Assembly (NCBI GenBank): GCA_043228905.1
Contig: JBHGNT010000014.1
Location: 19,034,001 to 19,098,000 of the forward strand
Length of the DNA stretch: 64,000 nucleotides
Origin: Azolla caroliniana
Lineage: Eukaryota; Plantae; Polypodiophyta
Reading direction: 5' to 3'
Below, in pieces: positions 22,677 through 36,514 of the stretch. The notes beneath the pieces were generated by a model. The model did no database searches. It had not been told where the DNA came from and saw only the letters and a program-made list of their open reading frames with translations. Made by a program: the position numbers and the translations under genes. The stretch's first letter is position 1. The number at the start of each line of letters is the position of its first letter.

Positions 22677-23856
22677 TGCACAATAGTTGATGTTGGGCAT
22701 GTTACCCTCAACATGTTGGTTAATGTTGTGTTTAGAGTTGTTTAAAAACTCCACATGATGGTGCTTAACTATATAAGCCGAGGTCAATACGATGGTTCTT
22801 GTTGGTTGTTTTGACCCTCTACATGATTGTAGTAGTTGCTTACACAACAAAAACCAATGGGAGATTATAAGCCAAGGTAAATACGATTGTTCTAGTTTAT
22901 TGTTTTGACCCCCTACACAAAGGTTGAATAAGACAAGTGTTAGTGGTGAGTTTCTGTGTTTCATTAAGAAAAATGGAGGTGGGGGTGAGGGTCTAAGGGT
23001 GTGGGAAGGGGCAATGTGAGCTCATTGATGATAGGGAGGTGGGTTCAATAAAGCATCAAATATGCTTTGTTGTGTAGGTGCATTGGGGGTTGGGGAAACA
23101 TGATGTACAACCATTGTGGGGATGATGGCAGTCGTTGTTTCTTCTGCTATGTATGCATAACATAGGTGAGGGTAGGTCACTAATATCACAAAATAGTAAG
23201 TGATGGGTATGTTCATTAATGTTGGAAAGGGATTAATGTGATTGGATAGAGATAATGATAGGTGCATGCACCATCGGGATCTTTAGAACTAGTGGATGAA
23301 GAGTCTTTTAGAAAAAGTGCATCTATTAAAGGAGCCTATGAAGATGTATAAATATGAGGTCTAGCTACCCTCATAAGGGACATTACATATGAAGGCTAAA
23401 GTCCTGAGACACCATTGATGTTGTCACAACAATAATATTAGTACCTTTTCCAAGGTACTAATATGTCTTCATCATAGCTCGAGGGTTATCGGGAGGATTG
23501 GGCTCTTCTATCTAATCTATTCACTTCTTTTTTCTTTAATTTGGTCTAATAATTAGTCAGGGATATCAAAGCAATTACTAACATTTTTCTGTGTTTGTTT
23601 TAGTTGTTTTTTTGTCAACAATGAGGCACCAACATAGCTCATCATTTTTCTCTAATGCTCAAAACAACACTTGGCCTTAGAAGACGTTAATATTTCTTTC
23701 TTTCTTTCTCCTTTTCGATGATGCCTTATTTTTTGCCGAAAGAGAGTTTGTAATTACGATTTCTCCTTGTTCTTTCATCACTATAGAAAAAGATAATGTT
23801 TTTGTCATGACTTGAGAGTGGGAAAGAGAGAAAATAGAAAAAGATAATGTTAGAAG

Positions 23857-23898
<42 letters not shown>

Positions 23899-24339
23899 GA
23901 CTGGAAGGTCACATATCATCATATTCGTCATTTGAATTGGTGTGTAGGGCGGCATTAAGTTTGGTGTCGTAGTATTCTTTAGATCCCTAGATAGAAAGGT
24001 TCTATACTTTGTAGTAAGTTAGTCATGGTGGTGTTTTTTCTTTTGTACGAGTATGATATCTTGATTCTTAAGAAACATCCCAAAAGTATGCATGTGATGC
24101 AATACAAATATTGCAACCATACTTATGTTGGTGGTCCACAATGGATTAGAGTCCACTATTGGAATTGAGAGGACATATGATTCAATCAATATATAATATA
24201 GACCATAGTTATTTTTTGAAATTCCATTCTTTTCTTTTTTCTTTAAACTTTGAGATGATTTACCATACACGTTTGATTGGATCATTCTCAAATGTGAATG
24301 CACGTATGGTATGTATGGTTTATTCTATGTTTAAGATCA

Positions 24340-24508
24340 TCATGGGATATTTTAGAATGCTCTAGACTCTAATGTTCTAGAATAGTCTATATAACTAATA
24401 ATATAATTATTATATTGTATAAGTTACTATAATGGTTAATGGTTTGACACATAGACCAAGAAGTTGTGGGTTCGAATCCTTGTAAGCCAAAATGTATGTC
24501 ATCATGAT
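24340..24508 (-). mobile_element. Partial LTR of the Tcn1-like family
   Basis: Matches ~19890-20064 ('TATAATGGTTAA...GAAGTTGTGGG...GTAAGCCAAAATGTATGTC'). Confidence 0.8.
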
Positions 24509-24850
24509 AGTTTTATCATCATAGGCACACTAAGGTTAAATCACTTAATCACGAGTTCACCTGCTCACATGGATTGACCTCCTCATCTTTACGCATCATC
24601 ACTTGCATCAATTCGCAACCTATCGTTTGAAGTTGTACTAGGTAGGCCACTAATATTTTAACGCAAGGGTATGCTTAGTAATGTTAGAAAGGAACTAATA
24701 AGATTGGATTGAGGGGAAGATAGTGCATGCATCATCATGATCGGATAGAGACACCAACTGATCAAGCTAGGTTTCAATCGCAACGATCATGTTACCTCTT
24801 CCAAAATGCAAATCATCCTAATATATTCTATCGATATGGGATGTCAATGG

Positions 24851-25560
24851 TGTTATAAATATGTAGTCGGTTACAACCAGTCAACACGTACAGAAATGAG
24901 AGACACAAGAGCCAAGACAACTGAGAAACAGGAGACAAGAACAAAGTATAGAGACACAAGATTTTAACGTAGAAAACCTTGAGAGAGAAAAACCATGGGA
25001 GTCCACAAACTCCAAAGGAATTATTATATGAGTAGGGTATACAATAAGAAACTGCAAGGCAACGACCTTTAGTTCTTCGTCAGACCAACGGTTACAGAGA
25101 AGTCACTCTCTCTTACTCTCAGTTATAATGATTGTCGCATGATCTACATAACTATTTACCCTAACTATATTTATACTCATATACATATATGAGTATTTAC
25201 AAATATAACCATAATGGGCACATCTAGGCTATTTACAAATATAGCATAGTCGGATTTGGCCAATTCAGCTATAATCGGTTATCGATCGATTATGAGTCAA
25301 TCGATTTTTCGGCCTAGACCGAGTTAACTATGGACTTATTCGACTCCTTGTGCAATATCCAAATTTCAATTCAGACAAGTCGGCTATCATTTGGCTCCTT
25401 AGTCGGACTCCATTTGATTCGGTTCGTGCTCTTCCCATCCGGAGGGACCTTAGGTATGTTATGTCCATATCATAGCTCAAGGCTAGTCGAGAGGATCATG
25501 TTCTTCTATCCAATCTATTCACCTTTTTAACCTTAATTTGGTATATGGATTAGTAAGAGA
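24851..25560 (-). mobile_element. Probable copia-type LTR remnant
   Basis: Begins with TGTTA on +, contains 'GATTTTAACGTAGAAAACC...AAAAACCATGGG' and 'TATTTATAC', which resemble plant copia LTRs read antisense. The far end is uncertain. Confidence 0.4.
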
Positions 25561-26180
25561 TATTTAATATCTTCCCTAAGGTTACTTGGAGCTCCAACCG
25601 AATAGCATACTACGTATTGGCCCTAATTGACGAAATGGGACAATGATTATGGGGTTAGACACGTCCATGGGGGGATGTTGTGAAGGTTATGATGGAAGCG
25701 ATTCAATGTTGAGTAGAAAATGTATCAACCCCCAGAATAATGGGTTTGGCTTGGCATTGTGTACAATAGGTGTCATTGCTCACTAACCAACGAACAAAGT
25801 ATCGGGTCAATTGTGGCAACATATGGATTGTCATGGCGGTGTACTTTTGTTGTTTTCCAAGAGGCATTGATATGGTCACCAATTGGGATGGTAGACAAAC
25901 GATTGTCAAACAAACTACTCGGCCCAACAATGGGATTGGTGTGAAGGTGCACAAGTCCTCCACCAAAACTAGAGTATCAAGGTTTCCTTAATAAACCCGA
26001 GGAGGCGAATCGGGTCTTTGATTTGGCCTCTGGGAGGAGGAGGCTTCTTCAGTTGTAAATGAAATGCTTCAGAGAGGTTGATGCCTTCCTTTTGTAACTA
26101 GAGTTATATATATATATATATATATATATATGACAACTTCTATGCATTATACATAATTGCAGAAGTGCTCCCACTTGTTG

Positions 26181-28817
26181 ATGCCTGATTTGAAGCTCAT
26201 ACCAAGGAAAACCCTTCTCACCTCACTCCTTTGCTCTTCTCTCAGAAATGGAAACCTCAAAGAAGGGCTTCAAACCTTCCAACAAGGTCTTCAGGAATCA
26301 GAAACCATGGTGAATATTGACGCCCCCTGTTTCCTTCATATCTTCTCTGCATTCTCTAAACACGATTTAAAGCATAGGAATAAGAAGGAAGCAAAACAAA
26401 TGCACATACATGCCATTTCAAATGGATTTGAGAATGATCTCATGGTCTGCACTTCTCTCATCCACATGTATGGAAAGCTCAATGATGCAAGCTATGCATG
26501 TACCATATTTAATTCTATGGAGACGAGGAATGTGGTGACATGGAATGCTATTATTTCATCATTTGTGAAGACTAAAGAGAGTGATAAGGCCATTCAATTC
26601 TTTGAACAAATGGTATGTGAAGGCATGTTTCCAGTTAAGGTCACGTTTCTTGCTATAATAAATGCTCAGAAGGATTTTGATCATGGAACCCGGATGCATG
26701 CTATTATAGTGATAAGAAATGAGATCTCATTAGATATAAGTGTGCAAACATGCCTTGTTTCAATGTATGGTCGATTTGGCCGGCCAAACATTTCAAGAAA
26801 GATATTTGATCTAATAGTCGATCCAAACATAATCTCATGGACGACTATGATATCGGTTTGTGCGGACAACAAGCAAACAAAAGAGGCATTTGATCTTCTC
26901 TCTCAAATGCAGCATAAAAAGAAGATAGCACCCAATGATGTTACCCTCGTAAGCTTACTTGGGTTATGTGCCAATGAGGGTCTTCTAATTGAGGGTATGC
27001 ATCTTCATGCCCTTATATTGGCCTTTGGGTTTGATTTCCTGATTGTTGTAACCAATGCACTTCTTAACTTTTACAGTAAATGTGGGATCCCCATAGATGC
27101 ATACCAAATCTTTCTCGCAATGCCAGAGAAAGACCTTATTTCCTGGAACATAATAATCTCAATAACTGATAGAAGAAATGCTGAATCATTGATGTTTTTC
27201 AAGGAGATGTGTTGTGGAGGATTTACACCTAGCAAAGCCACATTCATGAGCATACTCGACGCATGTGCAAATCTAAGCAACCTCCATGAAGCTCGAAGAG
27301 CACATTTTTGCATCATGGATGCAGGCTTAGATCAAGATCAAACGTTAGAAAATGTGATCATCAATGTATACGGTAGATGCAAGAGTCTTAAGGATGCTCA
27401 GACAGTGTTCAGTAAGAATTTGAACTGTGACATAGTAACTTGGAACACTATGCTTGGTGCCTGTCTACACAATGGGCATGGTGAGGATGCACTTTCTCTT
27501 TATCGACAAATGATTTCTGAAGGAGTAATGCCCAACAACCTCACTTTTCTCATGGTTTTCACTGCCTTTGCCAGCCTAAAAGGACTCCTATCAATAGGGA
27601 GAAAGTTGCATGCCTGTACCATGCTCGACTCAGACATTCTATCGGAAATAACCATCCAAAACTCCATATTGAACATGTATAGCAGATGTGAGGATCCATC
27701 AGCAATCCGTGATGCATTCTTCAACATGCCAGAACCTAATATTGTTTCTTGGAATATTTTGATGTCAGCATATGCACAATACAATTGTAGAGAAGTGCTC
27801 CATCTCTTCAAGAAAATGTTATGTGAAGGGATTCTACCTGATGAGACGAGTTTTGTTTTGATACTCAATGCATGTGCAAATGAAGAAGCCGTAGCTGAAG
27901 GTAAAAGGATTCATGCTAACCTCTCAGGAGGTAGACAGAGCCTTTATCTATGGAATGCCCTCATTGATATGTATCATAAATGCAATGATCTAGATGAGAC
28001 TTGGCAAACCTTCAGTCAAGTTAGCAAGCCCGACTGTGTTACTTGGAACAGTATAATCTCCGCATTCATAGAGGATGATCTTTCCTTTGCGCTGTTTAAT
28101 CAGATGTTACAGAATGGAATAATGCCTGATCAAATCACATTTCTCACCCTCACAAGTGCATGTGCTAGTCAAGCAATGCTAGGAATCGGGAAGCAAATAC
28201 ATGCACGAATCATTTCTGAATCAAAAATGAATGCGCCGGATATGGTTGTGAATACAAACCTTGAGAAAATGTATGGTTGTTGTGGTGAGGCGGCTCATGC
28301 CTTGATGCTTTTCCATGAAATGGTCGATAGAAATGTGCTTTCATGGAATTCTATGCTTTCAACCTGTGCACAACATGGGCTTGGCGAAGTCACCCTTGAG
28401 CTTTTCAGACACATGTTAAAAGAGCATATAACTCCTGATGAAATAACTTTCACTTGCCTCCTGTCTGCTTTGAGCCATGATGGTCTCATAGCAGAGACTA
28501 AAGAACTTTTTTGTATAATGAAATCTACTCAAGGATTCAAGCTTATCGAGGATCACTATAATTGCATGATTGATGCACTTGGGAGAGCTGGTCAACTAGC
28601 TGAAGCTGAACAAGTTCTGAAGGATTCACCTTTTCAAGACAAACTCCTTCCAGTGATGACCTTGCTTGGTTCTTGTAAAATTCACAAGGATTTTGAGAGG
28701 GGAAAGGAAGTTATTAGGCAAAACCTTCATTTTGACCAAATTGGTGTAGCGGCCTACATGAAGCTTCTTAATAACTTCAATGCAATTGAAATTCAGGGTG
28801 GGGAATTATCTGTGTGA
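26181..28817 (+). CDS. PLS-class pentatricopeptide repeat protein with a C-terminal E domain, no DYW
   Basis: Intronless frame of ~878 aa from the first ATG at 26181 (ORF track starts at TTG 26157). Repeated P-L-S triplets ('RNVVTWNAII', 'PNDVTLVSLL', 'NALLNFYSKCG'). Ends with 'EDHYNCMIDALGRAG...LLGSCKIHKD...AAYMKLLN'. Confidence 0.93.
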   Translation: MPDLKLIPRKTLLTSLLCSSLRNGNLKEGLQTFQQGLQESETMVNIDAPCFLHIFSAFSKHDLKHRNKKEAKQMHIHAISNGFENDLMVCTSLIHMYGKLNDASYACTIFNSMETRNVVTWNAIISSFVKTKESDKAIQFFEQMVCEGMFPVKVTFLAIINAQKDFDHGTRMHAIIVIRNEISLDISVQTCLVSMYGRFGRPNISRKIFDLIVDPNIISWTTMISVCADNKQTKEAFDLLSQMQHKKKIAPNDVTLVSLLGLCANEGLLIEGMHLHALILAFGFDFLIVVTNALLNFYSKCGIPIDAYQIFLAMPEKDLISWNIIISITDRRNAESLMFFKEMCCGGFTPSKATFMSILDACANLSNLHEARRAHFCIMDAGLDQDQTLENVIINVYGRCKSLKDAQTVFSKNLNCDIVTWNTMLGACLHNGHGEDALSLYRQMISEGVMPNNLTFLMVFTAFASLKGLLSIGRKLHACTMLDSDILSEITIQNSILNMYSRCEDPSAIRDAFFNMPEPNIVSWNILMSAYAQYNCREVLHLFKKMLCEGILPDETSFVLILNACANEEAVAEGKRIHANLSGGRQSLYLWNALIDMYHKCNDLDETWQTFSQVSKPDCVTWNSIISAFIEDDLSFALFNQMLQNGIMPDQITFLTLTSACASQAMLGIGKQIHARIISESKMNAPDMVVNTNLEKMYGCCGEAAHALMLFHEMVDRNVLSWNSMLSTCAQHGLGEVTLELFRHMLKEHITPDEITFTCLLSALSHDGLIAETKELFCIMKSTQGFKLIEDHYNCMIDALGRAGQLAEAEQVLKDSPFQDKLLPVMTLLGSCKIHKDFERGKEVIRQNLHFDQIGVAAYMKLLNNFNAIEIQGGELSV

Positions 28818-30429
28818 AGGTTTGTGTTTGTGGGGGATAACCCACCTACATTGCTTAGGAAGTATCATATTGCCCTATTCCATGAATATAACATTATGAT
28901 TGGTCCAAAGAATGGATTGTATTTATGATCTGAGACCAGTCCATACAATGAATAGTTGCATTTATGATCGTGCAATTGGTCCAGATACAGTGAATAACTT
29001 ATTGGACCCTCCTAAGCACAAAATATGTGCCATTATTTATGATGGGGATGCAGCATTTGATGCAAATTGGATATTAGTTGGTCTTGGTCCAAGTCTCTTT
29101 GGTTTCTACACTTCCTTTACTGATTCAGCAAAAAATGTTAAATGGATACTGTGAAGCTATTGCTATTAAATTGTATTTAGCCATGTTTTCCCATGCTAAG
29201 CATTTTGACAGATGGCAAATGGTGGGGAGAGAATGTAAGTGGAAGAAGAGTTATGACACTGGTTAAAGGGAAAGGAGCTATAAGAAGACAAATGTGTCGA
29301 CAAATATTTGCTAGCTTTCAAGCTGTTGAAACACAAGATGATCTGTTATACCCAACTTAACCTACATGTCTCTAAATCTCCATTATTATTATTGTGCGCC
29401 TAATTTTTCTCTATAATGAACTTAGATCAGTCTATTTGTGCAACTAGAAAGTAGCAAAGATTTCCTGCACAGGCAGCAACAATGTAGAGAATTCTGGTAC
29501 CATGACACTATACCCAACCATACTTACATTTCAGAGACACAGGCAGCATCAAAATATTAAACATGATTCAAATATCAATCAGTATGAGTTCTAGGAGGAA
29601 CAACTAAATGAACATACCCTCCAGGATACTCATGAACTTAACCAAATTTTACATCTACTTCTATCTGTACGACACTTCACAAATCATAAGTTGAGACGTC
29701 CACATCTTATGTCCAAATAACAAAGCACAACCAAAGCCACTTCAATGCAAACATCTTAATACTTCTATCAACAACCAACTACAATGTTGACAATAGAAAA
29801 TAGACATTGATTCTTTGGTTTGCTACTTTTGTTAAATTGTTTTTCAGAACAGACATACTGTCCGAAATTGCCCTTGTATATAAATGTTTGATAGGAAAAC
29901 CTACATTCATTATGCGTAAATGTACCGATATCCTAGAACAGCCAATTCAATTAATAATGACATGTCCTCTTCATATTGAATACGAGTCAAATTAAAAAAC
30001 TGAGCATAATGTAGTTTCCTTTCAAAGGGTAATTAACCAAAATTTCAACAAGAAAAAGACCTATGCAAATTCTTCTGCTACCTGTTACCACACACAATTA
30101 CAGGCCTCCCCACCGCATCACCAAAAAATCATCAAAAGAAGGTACACTCTGATAACATCAAGTCTCCACAACTTGCCAAATAATGAAATACCTCTCCAGT
30201 CCAATTATAAGATATATTGATCTCAAAATGACAAGTCATTTGAGTAAACACATGTCATACTTAAAACACGTTTAAACTTTATAACACAACATTATCGAAA
30301 AAAGCTTGTTAAGAAAATCAAAACTTCTGGTGCTCCAAACTCTCCCCTCAAAAAAATTCAGAGGCATGTCTTTATCTTTAAACATTTGTTTTCATACCGT
30401 TGTTTACACTGCTAATTATCTCTAGCTCC

Positions 30430-32161
<1,732 letters not shown>

Positions 32162-32975
32162 CTCTACTTAACCTGCATTACGCAGTGGAAAAAGATAAAA
32201 CAGATTCGCCAGAGGAAGTCAAGACATTCAGTAAAGGATAGAGAAAAATGCTACGAATTCAGTTAGAATGGCAGAAATGATCAATGTAAGAAGATAACTC
32301 ATGCAAAGGAATAAAGTAAGAAATAAATAAAACAACAAAGAGAAATGCTAAGAATTCAGTTAGAATGGCATATGTAAATGATCAATGGAAGCGGAGAATT
32401 GCACGGAAAGTGTGATAAAAGAAAAGCATCTACGCTAAGAAGAAGAAAAAAATCGAATTCAGTAAGAAACAACGAAATGCTTCAGATTAAGCCGATGGAA
32501 GATTTGGTAAGAATCGTCACAGAAACCATTCAGATGAGACAAAGACGATAGATATAGTATCCATCCACAGAAAAGGCGAGTAAAAGTGGGGAAATCTGTG
32601 ATAAAGAAAGAAAAACACACAGATTGAGAGCAGAGAAAACATACAAAGAGTGAAGACGGGGCGGGGTAAACAAATGGTCCTGATGAAGCAGGGACTATTG
32701 TGAGAGGGAGTTGAGTAAAAAGAAGTAAAGAAAAGACTGAGATGGAGCAGAATTAAATTAAATTAAATTAAAAAGCGGAGGTGCAATGAAATGCGGTGAG
32801 AGATGAAGAAAAGGATTGAGATTGAAGCAGAGAAAGCCATGATAATATGTCAATGAATGCAGCGAGCGAGCGAGGAGGATCCATGGGCCCATACCTGTTG
32901 AACGACAGACAGAAACAGACAGACAAAGGCTGAAGCAGAGAGAGCGCGAAGAAGAAGAAGAAAGAAGAAGAAGAA

Positions 32976-32984
32976 TTAGGGTTT
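32976..32984 (-). promoter_or_regulatory. Telo-box (AAACCCTAA) in the RPS15A 5' region
   Basis: AAAACCCTAAT on the - strand in the predicted first non-coding exon; this motif is typical of plant ribosomal protein genes. Confidence 0.7.
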
Positions 32985-33099
32985 TGGACAGGGCTGCTGC
33001 TCTCTCTCTCTCTGTCTGTCTCACTGCGTCTTGCTTGTCTTGCGTTCACGCTTGGACGGACGGACGGACGGGGGCGGACAAAACATTTTGGGCGAGACG

Positions 33100-33245
33100 T
33101 GGCCATGGCCATGGGTAGGGCATGGCCATGGGCAGGGCATGGCCATGGGCAGGGCATGGCCATGGGCAGGGCCACGGCACCGGCACCGGCACACGGGCAT
33201 GGGCATGACATGAGCACGGGCACGGGCATGGGCACAAACATGGCA
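33100..33245. promoter_or_regulatory. GC-rich tandem array (~18-bp CATGGCCATGGGCAGGGC units) with TGGGC site-II-like motifs upstream of RPS15A
   Basis: Repeated GGCATGGCCATGGGCAGG and CACGGGCATGGGC immediately upstream of the telo-box exon. Confidence 0.55.
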
Positions 33246-34429
33246 TGCGCATTAGCATGGCGTTCAAGCACAGGATAGCCATCTCAATTCCCATCGCTCC
33301 TCGTAGAGGTAGGCCCTCTGTCATCATATAGACATGGATGGAGTTACCGCTCTCACATGGATGCTTGTCAACTACTTGCTTGATCGATTCGATGCTCCAT
33401 CGGTCGAGAGAGCTTCTCGAGTCCGCTGTCGTTGGCCTTCCTTGCTAGCCGGAGGGTAGGGAGGGGGGGAAAGCTTGACATTTTTGCCTACCCCTCTAAA
33501 CAAACAAAATGCCTCGTGTTTGCATCTCGACGATAATGTCTCGTCGGTAAAGAATAGATTGGGTCTAGGAACGGCAGTTTGAGTTGGGCATTGTGTTGTT
33601 TGCCAAGGCAAGTAGGTAACTATGCAACAACCCATGTGGTTTGGAAGCATTTAGAGAGAAGTACTTGATCATTGTTTTCAAAGAGGCTAATGTGTAATGT
33701 GGCCTGGATACCAAAAGAAAATACATGTCTATAGCTTGTTCTCTTGCTTGATAAATGAAAATGAAGACAACCTTTATCGTTACAGTACACCACAATAGAA
33801 AGAGAGAAAGCAAGATTCATTCTCCTAAGCCCCAAGAGATGCCTCATCTTCACGTTTGCATGATTGTGCTTTTAGAGTCTCAATTACAGCCTCCAACACT
33901 TTGTGACGACGACTCTCATTACTTTGTGTCTTGTTCTTCTTCCAATGGGCTTCTTATGTCTTGTAATCGGAAGTTTTCCAACAGTGTCCAAGCGTGTTTT
34001 CATGCAGTCGACTCCCTTGCGACCTATGTGATCCATGTAAAGTGACCTATGGGAGAATGAAGAGAGAGGGAAGTTGTGGTTCCTAATTAAACAAGGTACC
34101 ACCACAAATAGGAGAGTTTGAAAAGGAGGGATATGGTCATGACCTCTATGCGAACAAAAATCATGGTCCAACATGGGAGATGACCTCGATCCCGAGGCAA
34201 AGGATCCATACACATATCAACATTTGTTATATCGGCACATAGCCTTACAAAACAATTCTAAAGCCAAAGTTCAATGGGTGAAGGGTAGGATAGTGAGGGG
34301 CTAATGGATTGATTACCTTTGGGAACTAGGACAAATCCACAAGGAACTATCGGTTGATGACATGCAGTGGACGGGGAGGCTCATGTGTTGAGCTATGTAG
34401 CTATATAAAAAGGAAGTAGCTACTAACAA

Positions 34430-34610
34430 TCGGCAACGGTTCGGAGGTCCCAAAGCCAAACTGGTTCAAACCGAACTCTTAAGAAAAAGTTGAAACTTAA
34501 ACCGAACTGAATCGAACCACGAAACCATCCAAACCGAAACCGTCAAAATCGAAACCATCTAAATCGAACCATTTATAAAAAAATCAAACCTAAACCAAAT
34601 GGTTTCAGAG
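34430..34610. repeat. AAACCG/AACCGAA-rich MITE-like repeat (related copy at ~61620-61970)
   Basis: Clustered AAACCG, GGTTC and AACCGAAC motifs in both regions. Confidence 0.5.
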
Positions 34611-34984
34611 ACGGTAGGAAGAATGCACCACCCCATTCATAATAATGGAACCTAAGGAAGAATGCAACATATCAATGGTAGCTTGACGGTAGGTCAACTT
34701 TATTGTAATAATTGTTTATAACTAATGAAATGATATTTTCCAGGGAAATAATAATAATAATGGTACCTTGCCAAGGCCACACCCTATGGTCAAGGCGAAA
34801 CATGGATCGACCATTTCAGCAAGCCAAGGGTATATACATATATAGAGAAACTTGGACAAACCATTTCAACAAGCCAAAGGGTATATATGTTTATAGGATA
34901 GAGGTAATAATGTGTGTTAGGGTATAACACCCGATTGTTTGTCTCTCTATGTCCTATGCTTCGTTTTCACACTCGGATGTGGGT

Positions 34985-35392
34985 TTTGAAAAGTAAACCT
35001 TCTTTAGCTAGAGCTCGATTCCTTCGGAAATGGAGCGGTTCGTCGATGCTGCAGATAATGGATGGTAAAGTGAAGTGGAATTATCAACCACCGCGGTCGC
35101 TGTTCCCTCCAAGTGTTCCTAACATCTAGATGGGTGCTGCCATGAGGAGCGAATAGAGGACATCTATGCTGAATTCTGTTTTGTACGAGGCTCACGTAGA
35201 GAATATGTGTTCGAGTAATGCTATACACATAGAATGATGTGGTGTTTTGGAGTTGTTTTTTTATGTTGTTTCATCTACACATTGTTTTCCTTTGACATGC
35301 AAGATGTCTTGTAAGATATGAGTTGTAAATGATTCCTTTGTACATTATTAACTAATGGAAGTAGATGTTTTTGGAAAAAGAAGAAGAAGAAG
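34985..35392 (+). mobile_element. Extreme 3' fragment of an L1-type LINE
   Basis: 'RARFLRKWSGS...VKWNYQPPRSLFPP' matches the 12479-12817 C-terminus; 3' UTR ends 'ACTAATGG...TTTTTGGAAAAAGAAG'. Confidence 0.75.
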
Positions 35393-35514
35393 TAAACCTT
35401 CTTTAATAAATAATGACAATCCATTTTCTTCTACTTAACAAACAATAAACGAATCTCGTAACACCTTTTGCTCCTCATTAGTTCTCGATCCATGTATGTA
35501 TTAATTATCAAGTG

Positions 35515-36180
35515 TGGATCCCTCGCCAAAAACCCAAAACCTTCTAAACCTCCAAGCCCTTAGACCCGTGGAAAACCCTAAACCTTCTAAACCAACCTTT
35601 AGTTCGACGCGCCATATGTATGCTGCACATATTAGGCGAGGATCCCCATGTGTGAAACTGCTAAACTGCTAAACCCATCCATGTATGTATGTTTATGTTT
35701 CTAGAGAAGTGCAGTCAACAAAAAGGCAGTGACAGAAAATGGATTTTTGGAGGATGCCAATGTGTGAAACCTAAACCGCTAAACCGCTAAACCCGAAGCC
35801 TCTAAAACCCATCCATGTACATATGTATGTTTATGTTTCTAAAGAAGTGCAATCAACAAAATGGCAGGTGACAAAGAATGGATTTTTGGAGGATCCCCGC
35901 GTGTGAAACCCTAAACCGCTAAACCGCTAAACCCGAAGCCTCTAAACCCATCCATGTACATATGTATGTTCATGTTTGTAGAGAAGTGCAGTCAACAAAA
36001 AGCAGGTGACAGAGAATGGATTTTTGGAGGAGCCATTGCTTTGTTTTAGGTTTTCTGTGGGAAAAATGTTTCTAGAGAAGTGCAGTCAACAAAAAGCAGG
36101 CGACAGAGAATGGATTTTTGGAGGAGCCATTGCTTTGTTTTTGCTTTTTTTTTTTTTGTAGGTTTTCTGGGGGGAAAAGA
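35515..36180. repeat. Tandem array immediately upstream of ELP5
   Basis: 'AGAAGTGCA(G/A)TCAACAAAA...AATGGATTTTTGGAGGA' occurs four times (~35705, 35843, 35982, 36076), interspersed with AAACCGCT/AAACCCT runs. Confidence 0.85.
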
Positions 36181-36284
36181 GTGAATTAGAAAATCGCCCA
36201 ACAGAAGCAATCGGTGGTGTGATCGATCCCCTGCTGCTTCCAAATCAAGGAAGAGCCTCTCCCTTCCAATCATCCATATCGGCC

Positions 36285-36481
36285 ATGGCAGAAGCTGCTG
36301 CCAGGATCCTCAGAGATGGAGCCCTGGAAGGAGAATTCGCTCCTGCCCTCATGATTCAACACCAAATGCCTTCCTCCTACGCCTCTTCTTCCCTTCTTCT
36401 TCACTTCCTTCGAACCCTTTGCTCTCACATTTCTGCAGGAAAAGCTCAGGCAAAGTAAGTTCTTCTCCTTCGATCTCTCCT

Positions 36482-36514
<33 letters not shown>

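Noticed and set aside
19649-22681. TSD for the Tcn1-like element
   Set aside because: The flanks CACAT and TGCAC do not match.
32768-33327. Pro/Cys/Met-rich ORFs upstream of RPS15A
   Set aside because: They are by-products of the GC-rich promoter minisatellite.
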